DNA from: Bacteroidia bacterium
GTDB lineage: Bacteria > Bacteroidota > Bacteroidia > NS11-12g > UBA9320
DNA: 64,000 nt
Reading direction: 5' to 3'
Assembly: GCA_965216465.1 (NCBI GenBank)
Contig: CBDCFW010000005.1
Coordinates: forward strand, 480,001 to 544,000
The notes under the pieces were generated by a model. The model saw nothing but the letters and a program-made list of their open reading frames with translations. It ran no database searches and was not told the DNA's origin. A program made the position numbers and the translations under genes. Position 1 is the stretch's first letter. Each line of letters begins with the position of its first letter. This document shows, piece after piece, positions 41,101 through 49,302 of the stretch.

Positions 41101-41919
41101 AAGAGCAACAAATTCATCTTCTCCCCCACCTTTGTTTTTAACCCAAAGTGGTCCAACAGCTGAAACCTCAAACTGGTTAAAGTGATAAGGGTCAAACGGA
41201 CTTGAAGAAATCATCTCAGCACTTCTTGCTTTATAACGAGATGGACCTTTAGTGGTAATACTAATCGCACCCCCTGTAAAGTCACCATACTGAGCTGGAA
41301 TACCTGACTGAATAATATCGATTTGACCTTGAGCAGATTGAGGAACTCCAGAAGCTCCCAATACTCTCACCCCGTCAACGAAGTAAGCGGTACCGTCTGT
41401 TCTCGAACCGATAAATGAAAGACCTGCTGATGTTTGGTTTACTGCTGATGACGTTGCTGCAATTGCATTCAAACTACGTGTAGGCAGTTTGGTCAAGTCA
41501 GAAGCACCAAATGTTTGCTGGTTCTTATCTTTTTCAATCAAAGGCTTACCAGCACGAACTGTAATTACATCAATTACAGCTGCATCGTCGGCAGACTTTT
41601 GAGTCATTTCGATGTTTAAGAATTTAGTACTGTTTGCACTAACTTCAATGTCAGTTACAATTTTGTCGCTGTAATCCAAGTATTTTACTGTAATCGAATA
41701 CGTTCCTGGATCCAATGCGTTGATGGAATATTTACCATTTTCATCCGTATAAGCTCCACCCTTTCGTATACCATCTTTCTGCAAGAGAATTGTGGCATAT
41801 GCAATCGGAGCTTTAGAATTTTTGTCGGTTACCTTTCCTTGAATCTTACCAAAATTTGATTGAGCAAATGTGGTAGAGGCAAAAAGTAAGGCAAATAGTA
41901 AGGTAAGTGCTTTCTTCAT
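38158..41919 (-). CDS. TonB-dependent-receptor-like outer-membrane protein with carboxypeptidase-regulatory-like N-domain
   Basis: Signal peptide; GKIQGKVTD...TDENGKY...PGTY; plug motifs YFVDGV and SGIPAQYGDFTGGAISITTK; C-terminal RLGVRVYF. Confidence 0.85.
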   Translation of the reverse strand: MKKALTLLFALLFASTTFAQSNFGKIQGKVTDKNSKAPIAYATILLQKDGIRKGGAYTDENGKYSINALDPGTYSITVKYLDYSDKIVTDIEVSANSTKFLNIEMTQKSADDAAVIDVITVRAGKPLIEKDKNQQTFGASDLTKLPTRSLNAIAATSSAVNQTSAGLSFIGSRTDGTAYFVDGVRVLGASGVPQSAQGQIDIIQSGIPAQYGDFTGGAISITTKGPSRYKARSAEMISSSPFDPYHFNQFEVSAVGPLWVKNKGGGEDEFVALGYQVAANVRYAADAGPAYGGMYTVKDDVLREIEENPLVANPNGPGSIARSSLLTKDDLVLERARKNVASYVGNFQGKLEFQPNKNSTLTFFGSYSASEGNNFSYSQNLMNYGENSISTSQTLRTYIKFTQRLGNQDPADKDAKKSLFTDAFYNVRVDYQSQWGERRNPTHEQNIFDYGYLGRFTSYRRPFYSYVNTPTWHIDQNGDTVSRQGYFNYLGDFTYQIDFEESGLNELRSNYTRNFFESAEAAGQNVFSRDQIRIGLGLMNGDNPSGTYSLWSNPGTVAYFYSKSQSERITAYAQGEATLNLENPHDLQFGLTYEQNFSSSWAIGANQLWNLMPQLANSHISNLATVTENGYVIGGIHTYDEFGTFTDTINYNIRVDKDQQTHFDQKLREKLIADGRTDINGDLYTETSFIDINSLSPSDFSLDMFSADDLWNNGNAFVAYSGYTYLGKRDRAARTLTDFTNDSLRRRLGSFSPIYNAVWFQDKFQFKDLIFRLGVRVERFDANQPVLKDDYSLFPTYSAGELAGLAGEQKRDADKLLLNYEVPTTIGDDYVVYVDDIENPNKILGYRDGATWYDENGIELPNPDLLAQQTNSGRIQPYLVDANERLIDEAFEDYDPTILVLPRVWFSFPINSEAQFFANYDVLAQRPRGGIFAPFNQYYFLEANQSGFLSNASLKPRVTTNYELGFKQTLSRNSALSLIASYRESRDDWGQVRVNQAYPISYISYSNIDFSTVKNFRAEYELRGQGRTSLAVNYALLFSDGTGSNANSSAALIQANLPNLRSLYPTQYDVRHQITTRLDYRFKRGKDYTGPIWFNKRIFENAGANMIISTKSGEPYTAYLNPIATVQGGAQRQSLDGNPYGSRKPWQFKVDATFNKTFSVKKKQTKDEYRRPDMEVQVFLWVQNLFNSRIIRGVYGYTGLPNDDGWLSSPEGIQLSQNELNTQSYIDLYNAKVDNPYNYMAPRLNRLGVRVYF

Positions 41920-42005
41920 AAAGTTGCTTTTACACGTTTTTTTCGGACTTCAATATTGTCTATAAAAATGCAATTATTCAAATTAATTTTAATTATGCAC
42001 GGTTT

Positions 42006-42959
42006 TCAATTTACCAATGGTTCACTCTTCAACGAAACATTTATTTTATCAGCGAGAACCTTAGCCAGTTTGAAAAATGAATTTTCTGTTAAACCACCTA
42101 TATGGGGAGTAAGTATAACTCGCTCATTATTAGTTAAATAATTGTATTCTTGTTGCTGCTCATCAGTCATGTTATGAATATCTTCATTTTCAAGAACATC
42201 CAAAGCACATGCTATTATTTTGCCATTTTCAAGTCCGTTTATCAAATCTGAAGTTTTTACAACTTTTCCTCGAGATAAATTAAGCAGGTAAAATGGCTTT
42301 TTCTGATTATCAATAAATGACCGATTCACCATAAATTTTGATGATTCATTCAGAGGTACATGCAGCGTAATTATATCCGCACGTGATTGTAGTTCTTCAA
42401 GGCTTACTTCTTCAACCCACGAGTTACCAAATCCCGACACAAATCGATCGTAAGCAAGCACCTCGCATCCAAATCCTTTTAATCTTTGAGCTAGATGAGA
42501 CCCAACGTTACCAAAGCCAATTATTCCAACAGTTTGGCTTTCAAGCTCAATTCCCGAGTTTGCCTTGCGATTCCAGATGTTTCGATCAACCTCTCTACTG
42601 CCTTTATGAATCTTACTAAGCAAACTCAGCATCATGCCAATGGTTTGCTCGGCAACCGCATTTCGGTTACCCTCTGGAGCATTCAAACACTTAATCCCAC
42701 GCTTTTCAGCATAAGCAACATCAATGTTATCAAGGCCTGACCCTAATCTGCCAATGATTTTCAGCTGAGGTGCTAAATCAATCCATTCACTTGTGAACTG
42801 TAGTTTAGTTCTTAGGATGAGTACGGTACAGTGCTTCAGTTTTTCTGGAAGTTCTTTTAGAGATATATTCGGACAATAGTCCAAGTCATGGTCACTGAGT
42901 TCATCCCGTAAAACGGGATGAACTTCGTCTATGACCACTATGCGTTCTGTTTTGTTCAA
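42006..42959 (-). CDS. D-2-hydroxyacid / phosphoglycerate dehydrogenase-family protein
   Basis: GSGLDNID, NAVAE, GIIGFGNVG, LHVPL, NLSRG, LDVLENE, TPHIGG. Confidence 0.92.
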   Translation of the reverse strand: MNKTERIVVIDEVHPVLRDELSDHDLDYCPNISLKELPEKLKHCTVLILRTKLQFTSEWIDLAPQLKIIGRLGSGLDNIDVAYAEKRGIKCLNAPEGNRNAVAEQTIGMMLSLLSKIHKGSREVDRNIWNRKANSGIELESQTVGIIGFGNVGSHLAQRLKGFGCEVLAYDRFVSGFGNSWVEEVSLEELQSRADIITLHVPLNESSKFMVNRSFIDNQKKPFYLLNLSRGKVVKTSDLINGLENGKIIACALDVLENEDIHNMTDEQQQEYNYLTNNERVILTPHIGGLTENSFFKLAKVLADKINVSLKSEPLVN

Positions 42960-42976
42960 AAGGGTTACAAATATGC

Positions 42977-45900
42977 CTAAAATGAAGTTCTAACCGTAAA
43001 ATTAATCATTCGAGGTTGACCAAAGTTATTTGGGTTATTCTGTTTCAGGCTGTAGTAGTTAACAAACGATTGAGCGTTCAGTTCATTACTAACTTGTTGC
43101 TGCCCTTGCGGTGAAGTTAAGTAGCCGTCATCGTTTGCTAACGACGAATACTGGTATACATTGTAGATGTTTTGAATGTTTAGGATGTTCAAGGCACTTA
43201 ATTGGAAAGTTAAGATTTGTCTGTCTTTCAGTATCATAGATTTTGAGATTGAAAGTTCAAGATTTGTATTCCAAGGCATTCTTGATCCAAATGGATTTCC
43301 TTTTATTGGACTTCTTGAGGCATTTCCTAAGCTTTGAGCTTCAGCAACAGCTATTAACTTAGCTGTGTACGGCGTACCTGATTGTGTGTTAGCATATGCA
43401 CTGATCACCATGTGCTTGAAAATTCTTCTTCCTGTGAATTTCGCCAAAGAGTCTAAGCTAAATGTTGCATTAATATTAAACTTATGTCGAATGTCATACT
43501 CTAGCGGATAAAGGCTTCTTAGATTTGGTTGGTTAGCTTGAATAAGTGCTGCAGCTGAGTTTACATTTGATCCTGTACCATCGGCAAATTGCAATAGGTA
43601 ACCAGCCCTCAAATCGAGGCTAGGTAAAGGCAGTTGATACTCTGTTCTAAATGATTTTACAGTAGAGAAATCAATATTATCATAAGTTACGTAACTTCTT
43701 GGATATGCTTGCTCTACGCTAACAAGGTTAATGTCTCCTCTAATTTCAGCATAGCCAGCAGAAATGTTTAAGATGCTTTGTCTACCTAATACTTGTTTAA
43801 ATCCAAACTTGTAGTCGGTTCTTCTGGCTGGTTTTAAATCTGGATTTGGTAATACAGTGTTAGACGCATTCTCAAGGAAGTAATAATTACTTATTGGTGC
43901 AAACGACTGACCATAGTTAGGTCTTTGAGCGAACTTATCGTAGTACGCATAAAACAATGCAGTTGTGTTTATTGGAAATGAAAAAGATAAACGAGGAAGT
44001 ACTATAATTTCAGGATCAAAATCGCGGAACGACTCTAACGACAATCGCTGGTTTGGATCGTTCAAGTACGGCTGAATAACCCCATTGTTTGTTCTTATTC
44101 TTAAGTATTCTGGAGACTGTACTTCAATTCCCGATTCGTTATACCATGTGCTTCCATCACGGTAACCTACTACCACGTTTGGATTCTCCAGATCATCTAC
44201 ATAAATAGCTGCGTCTTGGCTAATATTTGAAGGATGACTAACAGCCTCCCCACCTATTTCGTCCACTTCTGCAACTGTTCTTATTGGATAAAGACTAAAT
44301 CTGTCTTTAAGCACCAATTGATTTGCATCAAAACGTTCAACACGTGCACCTACTCTTAGTTTTATTTTCTCTAGCACAAATTTATCTTGAATCCACATTG
44401 CGGTGTAGTTAGGATTATATGCCGAGATGTAACGATTTTTTTCGTCAAGTAAGAACGAATTGATTCCTTTATTCTTCGGTTGTAAGTTTCCATAAGCGTC
44501 ATATCCAGCATAGCTAACATATCCATTACCATTATTCCAAAGTTCATCGGCGGTGAACATTTCCAAGCTCAACATATCAGGGCTAACACTGTTTACATCG
44601 ATGAAATGAGCATTGCCGCTGTGATAGCCATTCTGGTCATCAACCAATGCTCTCAATTGCTGGTCAAAATTGGTTTGGTCTTGCTTATCTTCAACCCAAT
44701 TGTATGAAACTGAATCCGTGAAAACTCCATTCTGATCATAGGTCAAAATTGGATTGTTTAAATCAGGCTTTATGAATTGCTGATTTAATAATTGAGGCAT
44801 AAGCTGCCACAATGCATTGGCATTAAGCGAGTAAAAAGACTGTCTTCGTTGCTCAAACAAGAGTCCAAGTTGTACATCGTGCTGACGATTTAACTCTCGT
44901 GTAGGATTCACTCCCAATTCAATAATTGCATTCAAACTTGCTTTTTGTACATCTGACTTTGAATAATTGGTTACAATAGTTCCGGGTGCATACCACATAC
45001 TGTGAATAGCTCCTGCATTTTGCCCATTCAGCAAACCCTGCTCTTGACTTAGCTGGGTTAAATTTTGAATGTGGCTCCGTCTGAAGACTTCAGAAGTAAT
45101 AGCAGAGCGATAAGGATTTAGAGCAGATGGGGTAAACGACACCGATGTATCTTGATACCCCATCCATCTATAGTATCCTTCTTGTTTCACTGGATTGCCA
45201 TTTTGGTCTAAAACATGCAATTCGTCATCAACATACTGATAAATGTCTTGGCCGCTGGTTTCAAATTCTCCAATATGGCCATAATTGAATATGTTATCTA
45301 AGTGATAGGGGTCTTTAGTTTCTGCATTCAGTCGTTGGTAGTCTGCTATCAAAACATAACTAATCTTACTTATCCATGAGCTATCGTATATAAGCTCCCC
45401 TTTACTGTCGTAAGGACTCTTTAGTTGGTGCAATATTTGGAAATTCAAGTTTCCTGTTCGTGATATGTTCAAAGGATTATGGTCTGAATTTAACAACGAG
45501 TTAGAAAATGAAAATAGGTTTCTTCTGTTATACTGAAAAGTTGGCTCTAAGCGAAGTGTAACTCTTTCAGATGGTTTCCAATTTAGAAGTATGCCTGCAT
45601 ATCCTACACCTGTTGCGGCATTCTTTTTTGCTGAAATTTGTTCAAATTGTTCATTCGTAAATTGATTAGAAGTTGGAAGCTCTGTTCCTCCAGGTGCAGT
45701 TGTAAATGGATTCTCTAATAAGGCCAATTTATCTTCATCAGACAGCGCATACAGATTTACATAAGAAGGGTTAGGGTCTTTGTTATAATCGAAGTATAAT
45801 GAAGTAGCAATAGACATTCTCGTCTTTCCTTCAACCACCTTAAGCGGCTGATACCAATAAGTCTCTAGAGCATTTTGATGAAAAGCATTAAAAGGGCTGG

Positions 45901-46606
45901 ATGAGCGGAATAACATTTTTCTTCGTTTCACCGAATCCAGTCTTTGAAAGGTGTTGTACTCTACAGCACCTCCAATAAAATCACCATACATTGCCGGAAC
46001 CCCAGAGGTGATTGCTCTAACTTCTTCAACATCTAAACTGGTTGGAGATGTTGGCCCAATTCTGGTGGTGTTGTTTTTAATCACAGAAAGCTGTCCGAGC
46101 CTTGCTCCAGGACCTTGTAAACGACCTCCTCTTTCAAGCATATCTATACTCTTTCCAATTCCACTTATAACATCTGTTCGCGTTCCGGTTTGCAACTCGT
46201 CACCGGTTACTCCTGGTCCTCCACCGGTTCCAACATCGAGACCTTTGCTGTGATACTTTGTTACACCATCAATAATCTTCATTGTTGAAGTTAAGTTGAC
46301 GGTTTCAAACTTTGATTGGTTAGATTGTAGGTAAAAAGAGTTTTCATAGGTCGAATAGCCCTGGCATTTAACAACAAGCGTATAATTTCCGGAGGTGAGG
46401 TTATTAAAAATAAACCCTCCATTTTGATCCAGGTAGCGGCCCGCAACCTGAGACCCTTCTTTAAGAAGTTGAACATAGGCTAGGTCTTTTGAAGTAGAGT
46501 CTTCGGCAGGAAAATTGACCTTCCCTCTAAGGTCAGAAAATTGAGCAAATGCACTGCCACAGAACAGCACAGATACAAGGGTAAAAAGCAAATATTTTCT
46601 TAGCAT
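42977..46606 (-). CDS. Second TonB-dependent-receptor-like outer-membrane protein (paralog of 38158-41919)
   Basis: Shared blocks SGVPAMYGDFIGG, ELWNNGN, RVERFDANQ, NIDFSTVK, DGTGSN...PNLRSLYP; terminal Phe. Confidence 0.82.
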   Translation of the reverse strand: MLRKYLLFTLVSVLFCGSAFAQFSDLRGKVNFPAEDSTSKDLAYVQLLKEGSQVAGRYLDQNGGFIFNNLTSGNYTLVVKCQGYSTYENSFYLQSNQSKFETVNLTSTMKIIDGVTKYHSKGLDVGTGGGPGVTGDELQTGTRTDVISGIGKSIDMLERGGRLQGPGARLGQLSVIKNNTTRIGPTSPTSLDVEEVRAITSGVPAMYGDFIGGAVEYNTFQRLDSVKRRKMLFRSSSPFNAFHQNALETYWYQPLKVVEGKTRMSIATSLYFDYNKDPNPSYVNLYALSDEDKLALLENPFTTAPGGTELPTSNQFTNEQFEQISAKKNAATGVGYAGILLNWKPSERVTLRLEPTFQYNRRNLFSFSNSLLNSDHNPLNISRTGNLNFQILHQLKSPYDSKGELIYDSSWISKISYVLIADYQRLNAETKDPYHLDNIFNYGHIGEFETSGQDIYQYVDDELHVLDQNGNPVKQEGYYRWMGYQDTSVSFTPSALNPYRSAITSEVFRRSHIQNLTQLSQEQGLLNGQNAGAIHSMWYAPGTIVTNYSKSDVQKASLNAIIELGVNPTRELNRQHDVQLGLLFEQRRQSFYSLNANALWQLMPQLLNQQFIKPDLNNPILTYDQNGVFTDSVSYNWVEDKQDQTNFDQQLRALVDDQNGYHSGNAHFIDVNSVSPDMLSLEMFTADELWNNGNGYVSYAGYDAYGNLQPKNKGINSFLLDEKNRYISAYNPNYTAMWIQDKFVLEKIKLRVGARVERFDANQLVLKDRFSLYPIRTVAEVDEIGGEAVSHPSNISQDAAIYVDDLENPNVVVGYRDGSTWYNESGIEVQSPEYLRIRTNNGVIQPYLNDPNQRLSLESFRDFDPEIIVLPRLSFSFPINTTALFYAYYDKFAQRPNYGQSFAPISNYYFLENASNTVLPNPDLKPARRTDYKFGFKQVLGRQSILNISAGYAEIRGDINLVSVEQAYPRSYVTYDNIDFSTVKSFRTEYQLPLPSLDLRAGYLLQFADGTGSNVNSAAALIQANQPNLRSLYPLEYDIRHKFNINATFSLDSLAKFTGRRIFKHMVISAYANTQSGTPYTAKLIAVAEAQSLGNASRSPIKGNPFGSRMPWNTNLELSISKSMILKDRQILTFQLSALNILNIQNIYNVYQYSSLANDDGYLTSPQGQQQVSNELNAQSFVNYYSLKQNNPNNFGQPRMINFTVRTSF

Positions 46607-46695
46607 AATTGTGAGTTTTCACACTAAGTTCGGAAATGCTTTTTGTCAAAATAAGGTGCTTTTACAAACGGATGACATTAGCCAACCAACACCAA

Positions 46696-47493
46696 TTATA
46701 AATTGAGGAGTGTTTTTTCGAAATTCACAGATTCGCCTAAGAACAAGGCCGCCTCTTGAATAAACTCATCTGTAATATCTGAAAGGTGAAATTCGTCTTT
46801 CTTTTTAGTTTCATCTTTATTAAGAAGTTGAAATTCTTCCAGCCTTTTTTGTACAGTTTCGGCAACGATCTTTGGGGTATGAAGCACTTTTAGACTGTTA
46901 TTGAAGTACTTTTCAATTTCTTTATAGATAATTGGGTAATGGGTACATGCAGGAATCATCAGGTCGCACTCATGAAAGTCTTTGAAATACTTATCAAACA
47001 CAGGAAATAGTACTTCCTCACCGATAAATCCTTCTTCTATTACAGGAACGAGTAATGGAGTAGCCTTAGCTGTGATTTTTAGATTTGGATTGCGTTCGGC
47101 CAAGGTCTTATTAAACATACCTGACCCTATAGTCTTACGTGTACCAATAATACCAATGTTGTGAAATTTACTTTGGGTCGAAATCAGGTCGATGATTGGA
47201 CTGATTACTTCAACTACCGCCGATCTTTGAAATGGCAGCGTTGCTTTGCTAATAACTGTAGTCGCACTGTTGCAGGCCACTACAATCATTTTACAAGATT
47301 TATCTTTTAAAAATTGAGCGATAGACTCGACATAAGAGATCAGCGCATCTTCACTCTTATCTCCATAAGGCAAATGAGCAGTATCACCATAATAGATGAA
47401 CTGCTCATTTGGCAATGTTTTTTTCAGGGCTTTTAGAACGGTTAAACCGCCAAGTCCTGAGTCAAAAACGCCTATAGGTTGAGACGCTTTGAT
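46696..47493 (-). CDS. murI: Glutamate racemase; probable ATC start
   Basis: PIGVFDSGLGGLTV lies upstream of the track start; YGDTAHLPYG, VACNSA, ACTHYP. Confidence 0.95.
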   Translation of the reverse strand: MKASQPIGVFDSGLGGLTVLKALKKTLPNEQFIYYGDTAHLPYGDKSEDALISYVESIAQFLKDKSCKMIVVACNSATTVISKATLPFQRSAVVEVISPIIDLISTQSKFHNIGIIGTRKTIGSGMFNKTLAERNPNLKITAKATPLLVPVIEEGFIGEEVLFPVFDKYFKDFHECDLMIPACTHYPIIYKEIEKYFNNSLKVLHTPKIVAETVQKRLEEFQLLNKDETKKKDEFHLSDITDEFIQEAALFLGESVNFEKTLLNL

Positions 47494-47500
47494 GGTCTTT

Positions 47501-48004
47501 TTAATTAATGTTTAATTTAGCTTTTACAAGCGGAAGTAAGTCGTGACTTTCTGAGCTGTAAATAATGCCGCCACCTTCAGAAGAGTCTACAACATAGTCG
47601 TAACCTTTTTCTTTAGCTACAGCAGAGATGGCTTCATCCATCATCTGAAAAACTGGTGCAAGCTTTTCATTTTCGCTGTTTTGAAGTGCTTGACTTGCTC
47701 TTTGTTGAAGCTCTTGTAAAGAATTTTGAAGATCTTCAAGTTCCTTCGTTCTAACTTGAAGCTGCTCTTCAGTCAGTATATCCATTTCCTTTTGAAGTTT
47801 TTCATACTTCTCTTTAAGTTCAGTTTCTTTACTTCCATACATCGCCTGCCACATGCTAGTTTCATTTGCTAGTTCTTGTTTTATGGTATCCACCTGAGGC
47901 ATCATCTGAAATAATTCTGTTCTGTTTACGTGACCAATCTTGGTTTGTGCTTGTGCTGCAAACGTGCAGGTAATGATTGCTAAAATTGCTAATACTTTTT
48001 TCAT
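47501..48004 (-). CDS. OmpH/Skp periplasmic chaperone
   Basis: Signal peptide, KIGHVN, coiled coil, VAKEKGYDYVVD. Confidence 0.9.
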   Translation of the reverse strand: MKKVLAILAIITCTFAAQAQTKIGHVNRTELFQMMPQVDTIKQELANETSMWQAMYGSKETELKEKYEKLQKEMDILTEEQLQVRTKELEDLQNSLQELQQRASQALQNSENEKLAPVFQMMDEAISAVAKEKGYDYVVDSSEGGGIIYSSESHDLLPLVKAKLNIN

Positions 48005-48037
48005 TTCTATTGTTGTGTATCTATATTCTAAGTTAAA

Positions 48038-48631
48038 TTATCTTGGAGGTAAATCGTCGTCTGAACCGCCACTCGGAGGCAAGTCTCCTCCAGAACCACC
48101 ACCTTTAAGTGGAACTACGCCTAGTTCTTCAAGTACCTCATCACTTCGATCGTATTTTGGATTTGAAACCAACATGAGCATATCGCCACTCTTATCGAAG
48201 ATAAAATCGAGTCCGTTGTTTTTGGCTACTTTATTTATCGCCTCATAAACCTTGTCTTGAATAGGTTTAATGAGCTCTTGTCTCTTCTTAAAAAGTTCTC
48301 CATCGTATCCAAACTTTTCGTTTTGAAGTCTTTTGGCTTCACGCTCTTTTTCAATGATTTCATTCTCACGTTTTGCCTGCATGTCAGCTGTAAGTAGAAC
48401 TTTTTCAGCCTGATAAGCTTTGTACATTTTATCGATTTCCTCGAATTTAGCATCTATTTCTTCTTGCCATTCTTTGCTTAACTCATCGAGTTGAGTTTGG
48501 GCTGATTTATAGCTGGGCATTTGTGAAAGAATATACTCTGAGTCTACATAAGCAAACCTTTGAGCAGATGCGTTCATACCAAATAAAAGGAAAAGAGATA
48601 AGATAGATATGGTTTTAAAAATCGATTTCAT
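48038..48631 (-). CDS. OmpH/Skp periplasmic chaperone
   Basis: QRFAYVDSEYIL, LIKPIQDKV, LDFIFDK; Gly/Pro/Asp-rich tail. Confidence 0.92.
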   Translation of the reverse strand: MKSIFKTISILSLFLLFGMNASAQRFAYVDSEYILSQMPSYKSAQTQLDELSKEWQEEIDAKFEEIDKMYKAYQAEKVLLTADMQAKRENEIIEKEREAKRLQNEKFGYDGELFKKRQELIKPIQDKVYEAINKVAKNNGLDFIFDKSGDMLMLVSNPKYDRSDEVLEELGVVPLKGGGSGGDLPPSGGSDDDLPPR

Positions 48632-48765
48632 TGATGTTTTTTCTGTTACAAATACACAAAGCGTGCTAAACTTCTCAATGTGGTGCAAACATATAAAAAT
48701 TTGGGGCTATCGCTTGATTTATAGCGTTTTTTTAACCGCATATATTTCGTACATTTTTAAGTACA

Positions 48766-49302
48766 CTAATGTACCAATTGAAGGCTCTGTGTGGTGATTG
48801 AATTACTGATGTTAAGTTCTCTGTCTATTAGTTTAATTTCGAATTGCACCTCATCTGGGTAGATGTCGAATGGATTTGTTGTAAGTGTTACTTTTATTGT
48901 TCCTGATATTGCCTTGCTTGCATTTTCTGCAGTTAAATGTGGAATTCGCTCATGCTGATTCCCGTACAATTCTTGATTATCTGGGTTTTTCACCTCTTCA
49001 AAAACTCCATTGTTTTTAACCATATACTTAATGGGTAGGTTATGATAAAACATTCCGCCGTAATTGAAGGGAGGAGCTGTGTCAGTTTCTGACAAGCCTA
49101 TGTTTCCATCTCCATCTTCGTAGTTTATAATAATCTCAATCAAACTGTCATTACCCGATATACTTTTCAATGTTGTTAAAGACTTTAAAGAAATAACCGG
49201 TGTGGTACTGTAGCTTACAGACTCTGTTTTACATGAAGCCAATAGCATCAATATTGCGAGAGTTGCTAACTTTGACGTTGATATAATGAATTTGCCTGAC
49301 AT
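48766..49302 (-). CDS. Hypothetical lipoprotein (start uncertain)
   Basis: LLASC lipobox; YEDGDGNIG motif; C-terminal DRELNISNSITT. Confidence 0.7.
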   Translation of the reverse strand: MSGKFIISTSKLATLAILMLLASCKTESVSYSTTPVISLKSLTTLKSISGNDSLIEIIINYEDGDGNIGLSETDTAPPFNYGGMFYHNLPIKYMVKNNGVFEEVKNPDNQELYGNQHERIPHLTAENASKAISGTIKVTLTTNPFDIYPDEVQFEIKLIDRELNISNSITTQSLQLVH

